A stretch of 64,000 nucleotides of DNA from NCBI GenBank assembly GCA_000004985.1, contig GG738854.1; one strand, 5' to 3'. Origin of the DNA: Naegleria gruberi. Lineage: Eukaryota. The notes under the pieces are model-generated. The model searched no databases. It was not told the DNA's origin and saw only the letters and a list, made by a program, of their open reading frames with translations. Each line of letters starts with the position of its first letter. Position 1 is the first letter of the stretch. Shown here one piece after another: positions 22,050 through 32,974 of the stretch. Position numbers and translations under genes: made by a program.

Positions 22050-23417
22050 TTAAGAAATCCTCTCCAATAGTCCATTTTGGAAATTAACAATCTTATCGTA
22101 TAACTCATCTGTTTCCTCCAAAAAATATTTTCTTATCAATAATCGTTTCAGCATTTGTACATTGTCTCCAACATTGTCAATGGCTTCATTCAGAAAACGT
22201 AAAAACTTGTCGCTGTCTTGTTGCCATATCGACAACATGTCAACCTCGACCAGGAATGGACTAGCTCTCTTAATTCCATACTTTTGGTAGCAATCCATGA
22301 AAATTTGATTCGCTCTCTTGAAATTACCAATTGAAAAATATGAATCAGCCAAATTCACCAAATAATCAATCATTGTCTCCTTGTATTTACACAAGGCAGT
22401 ACATTTCTCAAAGTCAAGAATTGCCTCCTTGAATTTTCCAAGTTGATGATAGGCATCTGCTCTATTCAGAAATAATAGAGAGTGTTCTGAGAAATAGCTA
22501 CTACCCATATTGTATTGTTCAATAGCTTGCATAGGATTATTCATAGAGAATAACCCTCCTCCTATATTATTGAACAAACCAGCAAGTTGAAACTGTTCCA
22601 ATTTAGGAAGAGTTTCTGTATTAAAGTTAGTATCCAAGGCCTTCTTGTAAAAATCAATTTCCAAATCAAATCGTTCCATATCTGAGTGAGCTATGCCCAA
22701 CCAATTGTATATTGTATAGAAGCATTCATACCTATGGAGAACTGTATTCAAATCAGAATTGGCAAGTTTTACTTGGTGGTCCTCTGAGAGAACAAATTCC
22801 AATGCATTTTCATAACTCTTGATACATAATTGTTGTTTCTTCTCCTGCAAGGCCATGGAGGCACCAAATAAACAAAGCCAATAATCGATATTAAAATAAT
22901 TATTTTGAAATACTTCCGATCTATATTCCTCCATCTCCTTGTAGATATTCTTGTACTTTTCAAAGTTATTTTGAAAATCAGTGCAAGTATAAATTCCATA
23001 AACTAAATTTCTAATATGAGTCCTATAATCACCAATCGACCAAAACAATGAAGCTTTTCGGAAATAACCATACGGATAGAAAGGGATCTTACTAATAGCC
23101 TGATTAATATATTCCTCAGCTATATTGAAATTATTCTTTGCAATTTCCAATTCAAACTTATAAATTAAATTATTGTATTCCTCCGTGAGTACTCTTGGCA
23201 ATTCAATACATCTAACCCGAGGCTCATCATTGGTAATTTTAAAATAGTCGAAAATATCTAACTGGTTCGTATTATTGTTGCATTGTTCAATTGTTGTTGT
23301 TGTTGTTTCTCTGCTGGTTTCTCCTATTTGACTATTTATAAATGCTTGAATTTCTTCTTCACTCTCTTCAATATTGTCGGAAGTAACTTCATAAATAATT
23401 GAATGTTGTCGAGACAT
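22050..23417 (-). CDS. TPR-repeat protein (455 aa)
   Basis: ttaaaaaaATG start. TPR-like helices, for example LFLNRADAYHQLGKFKEAILDFEKCTAL, NLADSYFSIGNFKRANQIF and ASLFWSIGDYRTHIRN. A poly-T (TTTTT) tract is present. Confidence 0.55.
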   Translation of the reverse strand: MSRQHSIIYEVTSDNIEESEEEIQAFINSQIGETSRETTTTTIEQCNNNTNQLDIFDYFKITNDEPRVRCIELPRVLTEEYNNLIYKFELEIAKNNFNIAEEYINQAISKIPFYPYGYFRKASLFWSIGDYRTHIRNLVYGIYTCTDFQNNFEKYKNIYKEMEEYRSEVFQNNYFNIDYWLCLFGASMALQEKKQQLCIKSYENALEFVLSEDHQVKLANSDLNTVLHRYECFYTIYNWLGIAHSDMERFDLEIDFYKKALDTNFNTETLPKLEQFQLAGLFNNIGGGLFSMNNPMQAIEQYNMGSSYFSEHSLLFLNRADAYHQLGKFKEAILDFEKCTALCKYKETMIDYLVNLADSYFSIGNFKRANQIFMDCYQKYGIKRASPFLVEVDMLSIWQQDSDKFLRFLNEAIDNVGDNVQMLKRLLIRKYFLEETDELYDKIVNFQNGLLERIS

Positions 23418-23491
23418 TTTTTTAATTAATATAATACTAATTAAACTATTGCATAATAATTATAACATTTGGTAATCACACATTTGTTAGT

Positions 23492-25165
23492 TTATTGTTT
23501 GTTTTCTAATTTTGAAACTCTATCAAGAAGCATTTCTAATTGAGATTTGAGGAATAAATTCTCCTGTTCAACTCTCCTCACATGCTTGAAAACAAAATTC
23601 AATTGTCTGGCAGAGAGATAATGAATGAGATTCCTTGTAGTTTCGTAAGATGCAACACTGTAAGGTGTTTGACCTCTCTTGTTTCTAAAATTGACATCTG
23701 CACCATTGGAAATCAGTAACTCAATGATTGGGCACCAATTTCTCTCAGCTGCATAATGTAAGCCAGTTTCTAATTCATCATCACATAAATCTATTTGAGC
23801 TCCATAGCTGTAGAGAAGTTTAGTCACAGAGAATAACCCCAATTTACAAGCCAACATGAATGGCGAACGGTTATTCTTGTCCAAAGTGTCCACGCCCACA
23901 TTAGGTTGACTAAGAAGGAATGAAAGCAACTCTTCATTGTTATTTCTTACTGCAGCATGAAGAGGGGACTCAAAACAGGCTCCATGTTGAATGGCAAAGT
24001 CAAAATCGTTAGGATAGTTAGTCATTATATATTTTACAATGTTGGATCTGTTAAATTTAGTGGCAGAGTAGAGGAAGTATTCGTTAGGGTTTGATTTTTC
24101 TCGAATCAAGTATTGCTTGTAATTATTTTCAAAGAGAACTTTGAATGCCTCAACATTGTCTTGACACGATAAAAGAACATAGATTGCATTTCTCCCATTA
24201 ATATCGTACTTGTGAGGTTGGGCTCCAAATTCAATCAGTCTTCTCAACTTTTCCAAATCAATAGTCTCTCTTCTGATTTCTTCAGTGAGTGCCTTGTTGA
24301 GAACAATTCTGTTAATGTTTTGGTTTGGTGTCAGGTCATTCAAAAGTGGTGGAATGTTTCTCTGCAGTCTGGACTCCAATAGGAACATGTACATTTCCTC
24401 TACCATCTCTGTGGTACCTAGCTTACATGCCAATTCATAGCCATTCAGAGTATAGTCAATCAGAGTCTTCTTACAAAGCTTATTTGGCTTGGTCAATTGG
24501 CTTATATTGTAATTTACCAATTCGCTTAACATTTCAGGTGAATAGAGCAACAATCTCACATCATTCTGATAAATTTCTCTTGCCAAATTTCTATCCTTAT
24601 TAACAACAGCCCATTGAAACTCAACCACAGAATTACAAGGAAGAAACACATCATTGGACAAGTGATATTGGAAAGGACAAACTTTGGAATGTTTCAAATT
24701 CTCAAAAAATCGTTGAATTTCATTCTTAATATGAACATTCTCAATAGTTTGAGTTCCAATATTCTCTCTAGTGAATGGAGACTCTGAATTGTGATTTATC
24801 AACCATTGACTAATCAGTTCCTTCTCATATGTTCTTCCATCTCCAGCCAAATAGGGCTCTACCATTATTATATCACTTATTGGACAAAACAAATCATCGG
24901 AAGGTTGCAAAGACTCAAAGTCTACTTCTTCATCTTGTTGACTATTGTTGGCTGGTTGTATGGTTGCAGTTGAAATATTATCAATAACCAAATTTTCAAG
25001 CCTTTGATTTTCTACCAGTAAATTCTCTTCTTCATAATCAACAAGACATGGTTCTTGCTTGTTAGTGGAAGGATTCATATTCAGTAAGACAATTGGTTCT
25101 TCTCCCATTTTCTTTTCATATTGTTCTTCCATCAGATTACAATTAATTTGAGTTGATAAGGTCAT
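23492..25165 (-). CDS. U-box E3 ligase-like protein with C-terminal ankyrin repeats (557 aa)
   Basis: True ATG at 25165. U-box motif LFCPISDIIMVEPYLAGDGRTYEKELISQWLINHNSESPFTRE. C-terminal ankyrin repeats (TPLHAAVRNNNEELLSFLL.., TGLHYAAERNWCPIIELLISNGADVNFRNKRGQTPY). Confidence 0.65.
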   Translation of the reverse strand: MTLSTQINCNLMEEQYEKKMGEEPIVLLNMNPSTNKQEPCLVDYEEENLLVENQRLENLVIDNISTATIQPANNSQQDEEVDFESLQPSDDLFCPISDIIMVEPYLAGDGRTYEKELISQWLINHNSESPFTRENIGTQTIENVHIKNEIQRFFENLKHSKVCPFQYHLSNDVFLPCNSVVEFQWAVVNKDRNLAREIYQNDVRLLLYSPEMLSELVNYNISQLTKPNKLCKKTLIDYTLNGYELACKLGTTEMVEEMYMFLLESRLQRNIPPLLNDLTPNQNINRIVLNKALTEEIRRETIDLEKLRRLIEFGAQPHKYDINGRNAIYVLLSCQDNVEAFKVLFENNYKQYLIREKSNPNEYFLYSATKFNRSNIVKYIMTNYPNDFDFAIQHGACFESPLHAAVRNNNEELLSFLLSQPNVGVDTLDKNNRSPFMLACKLGLFSVTKLLYSYGAQIDLCDDELETGLHYAAERNWCPIIELLISNGADVNFRNKRGQTPYSVASYETTRNLIHYLSARQLNFVFKHVRRVEQENLFLKSQLEMLLDRVSKLENKQ

Positions 25166-25925
25166 GGTCAATTATATTCAATTTACAATTTCAGACTTTG
25201 GGTAATTTTACAATTTGTATATATTTACAAGGGCATATATTTACAGTGTTTTACAAATATTAATATTGGATTGTAGTGAGGTGGTTATACACTTTCCGAT
25301 ATTGAAAATTAAATTGATGAGGAGAATACCAAATTCAAAGATAACTGATTCAGTGCCAAATGATGATTTGAATAAAGCTTGCACTATTTTTAATGTTGGT
25401 GCTTTTTGTTTTGTGGTTTGCGATTCTCTGTTTTGGATAGACAAGATTTTCAAACGTCTTGCCTCAATCGTTCTCGGCGAGTGTTGTATTTTGTTGTTAC
25501 TTGTTGTTGCTTGTAATATTAGTATTAATAATAGACACTAGGGTTTACAATTTTGCCAAGGCAGATTACAAATTGATGATTTTGGGAGAGAAATATGATG
25601 AGTGGCTCTTGATTGAGTGTAAATATGACTTTTAGAGAAGGACATTCTCTTTCAGTTAATTTCATTATTGAATCCAAGTAGTAATATTATTAGATTTTGA
25701 TTGTATTTAAAATAATATATGAGTTTTTTAATAATAATATTCAATCATGATGGAAACTTTATTAGGAACCAATCATTTCATTGTATACAACGTTTCACAA
25801 AATTTAAAGGAAATAGAGGAACAAAATATTCCTAATAGAGTTTTAAAACAATAAGGCAATCATCCTGCTAAACACAATGCAAACTTGATTTCTTTGCCAC
25901 GAATCAAAATTTATTCAAGATAACT

Positions 25926-28904
25926 TTACAAAAGTCCTAACAATAAAAAACCAATAGAAATAAAGGTCAAACCTGATGTTTGGTAATTAGTGAAGGCACT
26001 ACTCAATTTGAAACAATTTTGGGAAGAGCAAACACATTCAAACTTTGAAATTGGATCCAATGTATAGTTATAATTTTCTATATTTGCACAGAAGGGAGTT
26101 AATACTTTGATTTGATTGGTTACAGATATAATGAGCTCACCATTTTCAGTAAGAATGATGGAATGTGGATTATCCAATACCAACTTGTCATTTTCTGCAC
26201 CTGCAATTGTGGTTATAACACCTGTATCATTGTTGATCATTCTCAATCTGCCATTAATTGTGTCAGCAATAATTATGTTTCCTTTTTTGGTGACAGCAAC
26301 ACCAGTTGGAATATTAAGTTTCGAGTTAGCTGCTTTGTCACCATCACCAGAGAGTCCAATCAATCCACTTTGACCAGCAATTGTTGTAATAACTCCATCC
26401 TTAGAAACCTTTCTAATGGTTGAATTGTTCATCAAATAGAGCTCATTAACCACTTCATCATAGAAGAATTCATTAACAAGGATTGAAGAAGAGGTGCTTA
26501 CAACATTGTCTTTTGGAGGAATTGTCTTAATAGACAATCCATTTCCAGCAATAGTCGAAATGACTCCATCTTTGGTAATCTTTCTGATTCTAGTTTGTTC
26601 ATTGAAAATAAGATCTCCTGATTTGGTCATCTTCATACTACCATAAACAGTTCCAATCAATGCGTTGATTGCTAAACCTCCATCGCCAACTCCTCCCATA
26701 ACTACTGAAACAATTGGATTCTTATCTAGTCCAGTTAGTGGCATTTTACGAATTCTGTTATTCTGCATATCAACAATGAATAGGTTATTATCAAAGATAG
26801 CCAATCCTTGGGGAATATTTAACAATGTTTCAGATACAGGTAAATTATCGCCTCTGGAAGTGAGATACGACCTATCATCACCTAAAACTCCATTAATTTT
26901 TGAATTTGAGTCAATTCTCATTATCATGTCACCAGTTGTAATGTAAATTTCATTTGTTTTTTGATTGAAAACTATACCACCAGGAGTAGGCACAGATGTT
27001 TCAGTAGCTAAACTTCCAAATTGAGTTGTTTGTGATTTTCCATTTCCTGCAATGACCTGCACTGAACCGTCAACAATCTTCTTTACCATGTTATTGAATG
27101 TATCACATACATACAATTCTTCTTCATTATTGGCATTAACTTTCAACATCATGTGTGAAGGATTCTTCATTCCAGATGCTATAGTTATAATAGATCCATT
27201 GATAAATCTTTTTTTAACTGAGTTTCGCTCCAGTATGAATATTTCATTTGTGAGAGGGGATTGAATGGCATGACTTGGATAATCTAATCCAGACACGATT
27301 GTTGTAATAATTCCATTAGAAACCTTTCGAATGGCTTGATTACCATTATCTGCAATTAGTAAGTCTCCACTTGAAGTTAAAGATAATCCACTTGGAGAAA
27401 ATAATTGAGCCTTATTGGAAGGACCATTGTCACCTACATCACCTGCCTCTCCTGTTCCAGCTACAGTTGTAACTATACCACTCTTTCCGTCAATCTTTCT
27501 AACACAATTCAGATAACCATCCGAAATGAAAACATCTCCATTACTTGGGTCTACAACAACACCATATGGATCTACCACAGATGCAGTTGTAGCTGGTATG
27601 TTATCAATTAGTTTTCCTTGATTAGTTCCAATAATAGTTGAAACAGATTTATCTGCAGCAGACATTTTCTTAATGACTGAATTTTGGTAAAAGAATACAT
27701 CCTGAGTAGATGGATCAAAAGTGAATGATCTCAAATTGTCGTCAAGGAAAATTCTTTTAGCTATTCCATCACTATTAGATACTTTTACAACATCTCCAAA
27801 TACGGAATCACCAATCCACAAGTCCTTTGTTTTAGTATCATATTGAAGATTGGGAACCCTCAAATTCAACAAGCTTGCCTTGATATTATCTCCCTTGAAA
27901 ACAGACTTTCCATTACCCATTACTCCATTGTAAAGAGTCTTTCCATTTTCGAACCTTAGTGAAAATATCTTGTTATTAGTATAATCTGAAACATAGATTT
28001 TACCACCCCAATAGCTGACTTGAAAAGGGACCATTTCAATTGTCAAAGCATCAACATTCTCTAGAGGCTTATCCACGGAAAGACCATTACCATTTCCAGC
28101 GATAGTTCTTAATACTCCAGTTTTAGTATTAATGGCAAAAACTCTAAAATTTCCAGAATCGCTAACAATCAACTCCTCTGTTTGCGGATTAATAGTTAAG
28201 TAGCTTATACTATTAAAAAGACAATCCACAGCAATAGAACAAGATGCACTAAAACCAGACATTCCCTTAGTCCCTGCAAAATTTGAAACAATTCCACTGG
28301 AAACAGAAACACGGCTAATGGATGTAGATCCTTCAACATATAAATATCCATCATAAATAGCCATAGTATTTGGATCATTTAAACCTGCATCACTAATTAA
28401 TGTGTTTGTTTGCTTTGTTGCCAAATCGTAATACTTAATCACTGAAGCAGAATACATGGTGTAGTAAATTCTGTTGTTTTTATCATCAACTAGAATGCTT
28501 CTTGGATCATCTTCTGTTAAGACACTAGTTTCACCAGAGGTAAAATTGTACACTGCTAATCCTTGAACACCATTGATGAAATATGCAACGTTGTCAGAAA
28601 ATGTGCTGAAATAGGGAATTACAGGTCTATCAGTAGCTAGTGGTACAGATTTGATGAAGCCACTTGATTTATCAATTTTGAAAAGATCATAATTGTAATA
28701 ATAAATTTCACCAGCAATTGGAGATATCCCAAAATACCAAGCAGAAAAAGGAATTTGTAAAGCTGAAACTGAATTACCAAATGGATTTCCACCAATAAGA
28801 GTTGATTCTTTAAAGAGAGGTGGAACTGTACTGACTTGACAATTGCACCAAGTCAATATGCAGGCAATCAAACAGGTTGCAATAATGAGTGTAACTGTTT
28901 GCAT
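25926..28904 (-). CDS. Large NHL/beta-propeller-repeat surface protein with signal peptide and GPI-anchor-like C-terminus (992 aa)
   Basis: True ATG at 28904 (aaaaaaaaagATG). Signal peptide MQTVTLIIATCLIACILTWCNC. Many NHL-like repeats (..GIAVD.. ..IYVSD.. ..IADTINGRLRMI.., ..FIVDMQNNRIRKM..). The C-terminus ..NYQTSGLTFISIGFLLLGLL* is a hydrophobic tail typical of a GPI signal. Confidence 0.65.
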   Translation of the reverse strand: MQTVTLIIATCLIACILTWCNCQVSTVPPLFKESTLIGGNPFGNSVSALQIPFSAWYFGISPIAGEIYYYNYDLFKIDKSSGFIKSVPLATDRPVIPYFSTFSDNVAYFINGVQGLAVYNFTSGETSVLTEDDPRSILVDDKNNRIYYTMYSASVIKYYDLATKQTNTLISDAGLNDPNTMAIYDGYLYVEGSTSISRVSVSSGIVSNFAGTKGMSGFSASCSIAVDCLFNSISYLTINPQTEELIVSDSGNFRVFAINTKTGVLRTIAGNGNGLSVDKPLENVDALTIEMVPFQVSYWGGKIYVSDYTNNKIFSLRFENGKTLYNGVMGNGKSVFKGDNIKASLLNLRVPNLQYDTKTKDLWIGDSVFGDVVKVSNSDGIAKRIFLDDNLRSFTFDPSTQDVFFYQNSVIKKMSAADKSVSTIIGTNQGKLIDNIPATTASVVDPYGVVVDPSNGDVFISDGYLNCVRKIDGKSGIVTTVAGTGEAGDVGDNGPSNKAQLFSPSGLSLTSSGDLLIADNGNQAIRKVSNGIITTIVSGLDYPSHAIQSPLTNEIFILERNSVKKRFINGSIITIASGMKNPSHMMLKVNANNEEELYVCDTFNNMVKKIVDGSVQVIAGNGKSQTTQFGSLATETSVPTPGGIVFNQKTNEIYITTGDMIMRIDSNSKINGVLGDDRSYLTSRGDNLPVSETLLNIPQGLAIFDNNLFIVDMQNNRIRKMPLTGLDKNPIVSVVMGGVGDGGLAINALIGTVYGSMKMTKSGDLIFNEQTRIRKITKDGVISTIAGNGLSIKTIPPKDNVVSTSSSILVNEFFYDEVVNELYLMNNSTIRKVSKDGVITTIAGQSGLIGLSGDGDKAANSKLNIPTGVAVTKKGNIIIADTINGRLRMINNDTGVITTIAGAENDKLVLDNPHSIILTENGELIISVTNQIKVLTPFCANIENYNYTLDPISKFECVCSSQNCFKLSSAFTNYQTSGLTFISIGFLLLGLL

Positions 28905-29183
28905 CTTTTTTTTCAATGAGAAGATCACAATTCTATTTGCCTGTTACTTATGGATTGTCCACATGGATATTAAACGTTCTTGTTGGTGAATGGTCTGTTA
29001 GTTTCTAGGATTTCACTGATTTAAATTACCCGTTCGGCTTATTTCGAATTGTTCTAGCTTAAATCTTTTACAAAATTCGTATCATTGTAAGCATAAGAAT
29101 TAAAGTAGCACAAAAGAATTTTGCAAGGTATCTAAATTATATTTGATTTTATTTACAATTAGTTCAATAAGAGTTTCAAAGAT

Positions 29184-30141
29184 TTACATGAATTTTCCAT
29201 CATGATAATCTTCAAAAGCTTGTTCAATTTCCTCTCTAGTATTCATAACAAAAGGTCCATATCGTGACATTGGTTCATGCATTGGTTCACCTGCAATGAT
29301 TACCATTTGTACAAAATCAGAAGTTGATTTGAATTCAAAAAGTTGATCTTCTGTAGTTTCAGAAAAGAGAAGAGCTGCCTTTTCCTTAGCATTTTCAAAC
29401 TTGTTTCCATCTTGAGTCAAGACTCCACTTCCCTTAATGACATATACGAAACCTTGATAACCCTTTGGAATGAGTTCCTTAAATGTATGACCTGATTTTG
29501 TAATCTTGACATCAAAATACAAGACCTTAGTTCTCAATTCGAGAGGACTTTCAATATCTGCATATTGACTCTTTCCACCAATTACTGCAATTGATGTGTG
29601 TTCATCAATTTGCTTTTTTGGAATGTTTTCTGCTTTCAAATCTTGATATTTTGGAGGAACCATCTTATCCTTTGCTTTAAGATTAACCCACAATTGCATT
29701 CCTGTATTGACATTCAATCCAACAGGTGTTTCAGAGTGAATAAGTCCACTGCCAGCTGTCATCCATTGAATATCACCAGCATGAATAACACCACCACCTC
29801 CTCTATTATCCTTGTGTTCAAAAGCTCCATCCATCATGTATGTCACAGTTTCAAATCCTTTTATTTCCATTAAATAATTATAAATATCATGATAATTAAA
29901 TAATTAAATAGAATAGGAAAGGATGTAAATTGAAAATGCACAAATTAAACTTACCTCTATGAGGATGATTTGGAAAACCTGCAGGTTTAGCAACCTTAAA
30001 TTCGTCCAACAAGAGGAATGGATCATGATACGACACAGAACCTCCAATGGTTCTAATAACTCTGGCACCTACGCCTTCACTTTGTTCCTTTCCCAAAATT
30101 GTCTTGATAACTTTTACAAATGATGCTGATGAGGAGGACAT
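29184..30141 (-). CDS. Pirin (cupin superfamily), 2 exons
   Basis: Exon 1 is 30141..29955 (MSSSSASFVKVIK...FPNHPHRG). The intron is 29954..29858 (97 nt, GTAAGT..AAAAG, phase 1). Exon 2 is 29857..29184 (FETVTYMMDGAFEHKDNRGGGGVIHAGDIQWMTAGSGLIHSE...). Splicing recreates the canonical pirin motif HPHRGFETVTY. About 286 aa. Confidence 0.85.
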
Positions 30142-30723
30142 TCTTGATAATGATGATAACTTGTTTGATGATACTTTCAATTCTAATTTGTTAATTTTTG
30201 ATGATGATTCTTTCAAATTAACAATGATTGGTTCTTGCTGTTGTTCCGATGATAAAGATTGATTCTGCTTCTTATTCAAAATAAATGTACCAATGATGAT
30301 AAATAAAAGTATGATAAAAGCAACTGTTATGTGAAGTGTTTGTTTCTTGAATCGATTTGAGGCGCTGTATGCTTCAAAGAAATGTTTTTGAGTATGCTCT
30401 GTTTGTGGAGGCACTTTTTTTGAGTTTTTATTTGAAAAGTGTGTTTGTGTTCCTGCTTCTTTTTGTGACTTTCTGTTTTTAGGGTGAGGGAATTGATGGA
30501 TTTGGTAGCGTGCGCAATAATTGTACTGTTTGTGCGTACTATGAGTGGAAAAACTCAATGGATAGTGCTTGCTTAATCACAGCCGAATTATGCAACTGTA
30601 ATTAAGCTCCTCTTTGAAAATTAATCTCTAATTGGATATTATTATTCATCATCAATTTATTTAATTTTTTATTTAAATAAAAAACGGAAATGAAAATAAT
30701 GGAATGAAAATCTATTAAAAAAT
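30142..30723. promoter_or_regulatory. Divergent (head-to-head) intergenic region between pirin (-) and DPP3 (+)
   Basis: A 582-bp spacer lies between the two divergently oriented start codons. It contains an ATG-less reading frame with a hydrophobic segment, which I read as a non-coding 5' region. Confidence 0.4.
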
Positions 30724-32973
30724 ATGCTTAGGAAGATCATTCTAAAAAAAACAAAGACATTCTCCGCTGCTTCGTGTTTTAATCTTTCTCTCCAACAAAA
30801 GAAGATCTTTAAACAACAACAACATCAGCAACAGCCTCTTTTTGTACCATATTACATTCATCAACACTCACAACAATTTAGAGAATTTTCTTCTTCGACT
30901 TTAAAAAACAAAATAATCAACATGACTATTGCTCAAGTTCTTCAAGATGAAAAATTGAAACACTTTGTTTGCCCAGAGAAGGTTCCTGTTACTAGATTGG
31001 AATTGGATGAAGCTTGGAATGCTTTGGATGAACAACAAAAGTTGTATGCTCACTACTTTTCCAGAGCAGCTATTAGTGGAACAGGAATTGTTTTAGGGCA
31101 ATGTTCTGAAGAATCTCCATTGATTTACAAATTGTTGGTTTTGCTTTGTGATGATTTGGCATTATTGAAGGAAAAGACATTGAATGCTGGAGTGAGTGAA
31201 AAGGACTATGATTCCTTCTTGCAATATTCTGTCCAATTCTTTGGTAATTTGGGAAATTATGTGTCCTTTGGTGACAGTAAATTCGTTCCAAGATTGGAGG
31301 TTTCAGAATTTGAAAAGATTGTTAATTGTGTAAATAATGAACAAGCTGTTACCTTGTTCCAACAAGTTAAGGAACCATTGTATAGTTTGGATACTAATTT
31401 ATTGGAATTATCCTTTGGTAACTCTTCATATTATAATAGAGAAGTCACTTCTCATGATGCTGAAAGAGTCAAGTCATTCATGGAATCCAACTCAATTGCT
31501 GCTGAAAATACTAGACTTTTCAAGACTGGAGAAAATCAATTCGAACTCAAGATTGCAAGTGCTAGTCCAAAGGCTTCCACCACTCACACCCATGAAGATT
31601 TGACCATTACCACTACTTATGGTGATTTCAGTAAGGAATTGGCTGGTGTTCGTGACAATTTGGAGAGAGCTCTTCCATATTCCGCAAACGAATTCCAAAA
31701 GAACATGTTAATCAAATATCGTCAACACTTTGATGGAGGTGATTTCAAAGATTTCTGTGACTCTCAAATTCAATGGGTTCAAGATAAGGGGCCTATTATT
31801 GAAACCAACATTGGTTTCATAGAGACCTACCGTGATGTTTTAAGAGTCAGAGCAGAATTTGAAGGATTTGTTGCTGTTGTCAATCGTATTGCTAGTATGA
31901 AAGCCCAAGCTGTCGTTGAGGATGCTGAAAAATTCATTTCTCGTTTGCCATGGAATACTGACAAGACTAATGGAGACAAGAAGCCATTCGAAGTTGAAAC
32001 ATTTACCAAGCCAGATTTTACTAGTTTGGAGGTTTTGACATTTACATCAAGTGGTTTGCCAGCTGGTATCAATATTCCAAATCAATTCTTTATCAGAGAA
32101 TCTCATGGTTTCAAGAATGTTTCTTTGGGTAATGTTCTCAATGCTCCAACTGCTCAAGGTGAAGAAATTACCTTCTTGAATGAGGAAGATAAGAAGATTT
32201 TCAAGGACTACAAAGGAAAGGCATTTGAAATTCAAGTCTTGATTCACGAATTGCTTGGTCACGGAAGTGGTAAGCTCATGAAGGAAAATGACATTAAGGG
32301 TATTATTCACCCAATTACCAAACAACCAATCACTACCTTCTATAAGGAAGGCGAAACTTTCAATAGTGTAATTGGTGAAATCAGTAATGCTTTTGAAGAA
32401 TGTCGTGCTGAATGTACTGGTATCTATTTGTGCTTGGATAGAGAAATCTTAAAGATTTGTGGTGTTGAAGGTGAAGAAGCTAACAAGATTATCTATGCCA
32501 ACTGGTTGCTCATGGTTAGATCTGGTTTGTTAGCTCTTCAATTCTACAACCCAGATACCAAGACTTGGAATCAAGCCCACATGATGGCCAGATATTCAAT
32601 TCTCAGAGTTTTGATGGAAGCTGGATTGGTTAAAATCAGCAAGTTGGAAGATGATTTACAAATTGTTTTTGATGGTAGCAAGATTGAAACTGCTGGAAAG
32701 GAAGCAATTGGAAACTATTTGCTCCATATCAATGTTTCAAAGGCTACTGCTGACAAGGCAGATGCTACTCAACTTTTTGGTAAATATACAGCTGTTAATG
32801 AAGAATTTGTTGAGATGAGAAAGATTGTCTTGAATAAGAAACAACCAAGACGTGTGTTTGCTCAACCTCATACTGTCATTAATAAGGACGGTAAGGTTGA
32901 ATTGCTAAACTTCCCAGCAACATCTGAAGGAATGATTAATGCCTTTGTTGCCCAAGCAAAGCTTAATCAATAA
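30724..32973 (+). CDS. DPP3: Dipeptidyl peptidase III (M49 zinc peptidase) with an N-terminal extension
   Basis: HELLGHGSGK zinc motif, EECRAE second zinc motif, WVQDKGPIIETNIGFIETYRDVLRVRAEFEGFVAVVNR and the whole sequence is collinear with metazoan DPP3. The conserved core starts at MTIAQVL (30917). The 64-aa K/Q-rich extension from the aaaaaatATG at 30724 could be a targeting peptide or 5' UTR. Confidence 0.85.
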   Translation: MLRKIILKKTKTFSAASCFNLSLQQKKIFKQQQHQQQPLFVPYYIHQHSQQFREFSSSTLKNKIINMTIAQVLQDEKLKHFVCPEKVPVTRLELDEAWNALDEQQKLYAHYFSRAAISGTGIVLGQCSEESPLIYKLLVLLCDDLALLKEKTLNAGVSEKDYDSFLQYSVQFFGNLGNYVSFGDSKFVPRLEVSEFEKIVNCVNNEQAVTLFQQVKEPLYSLDTNLLELSFGNSSYYNREVTSHDAERVKSFMESNSIAAENTRLFKTGENQFELKIASASPKASTTHTHEDLTITTTYGDFSKELAGVRDNLERALPYSANEFQKNMLIKYRQHFDGGDFKDFCDSQIQWVQDKGPIIETNIGFIETYRDVLRVRAEFEGFVAVVNRIASMKAQAVVEDAEKFISRLPWNTDKTNGDKKPFEVETFTKPDFTSLEVLTFTSSGLPAGINIPNQFFIRESHGFKNVSLGNVLNAPTAQGEEITFLNEEDKKIFKDYKGKAFEIQVLIHELLGHGSGKLMKENDIKGIIHPITKQPITTFYKEGETFNSVIGEISNAFEECRAECTGIYLCLDREILKICGVEGEEANKIIYANWLLMVRSGLLALQFYNPDTKTWNQAHMMARYSILRVLMEAGLVKISKLEDDLQIVFDGSKIETAGKEAIGNYLLHINVSKATADKADATQLFGKYTAVNEEFVEMRKIVLNKKQPRRVFAQPHTVINKDGKVELLNFPATSEGMINAFVAQAKLNQ

Positions 32974-32974
32974 A

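Noticed and set aside
30142-30558. Upstream extension of the pirin ORF (ORF-track 29896..30558) containing a transmembrane-like segment
   Set aside because: It starts at TTG. The only in-frame ATG is the canonical pirin start at 30141. Pirins are soluble proteins of about 290 aa. I treat this stretch as 5' non-coding sequence.
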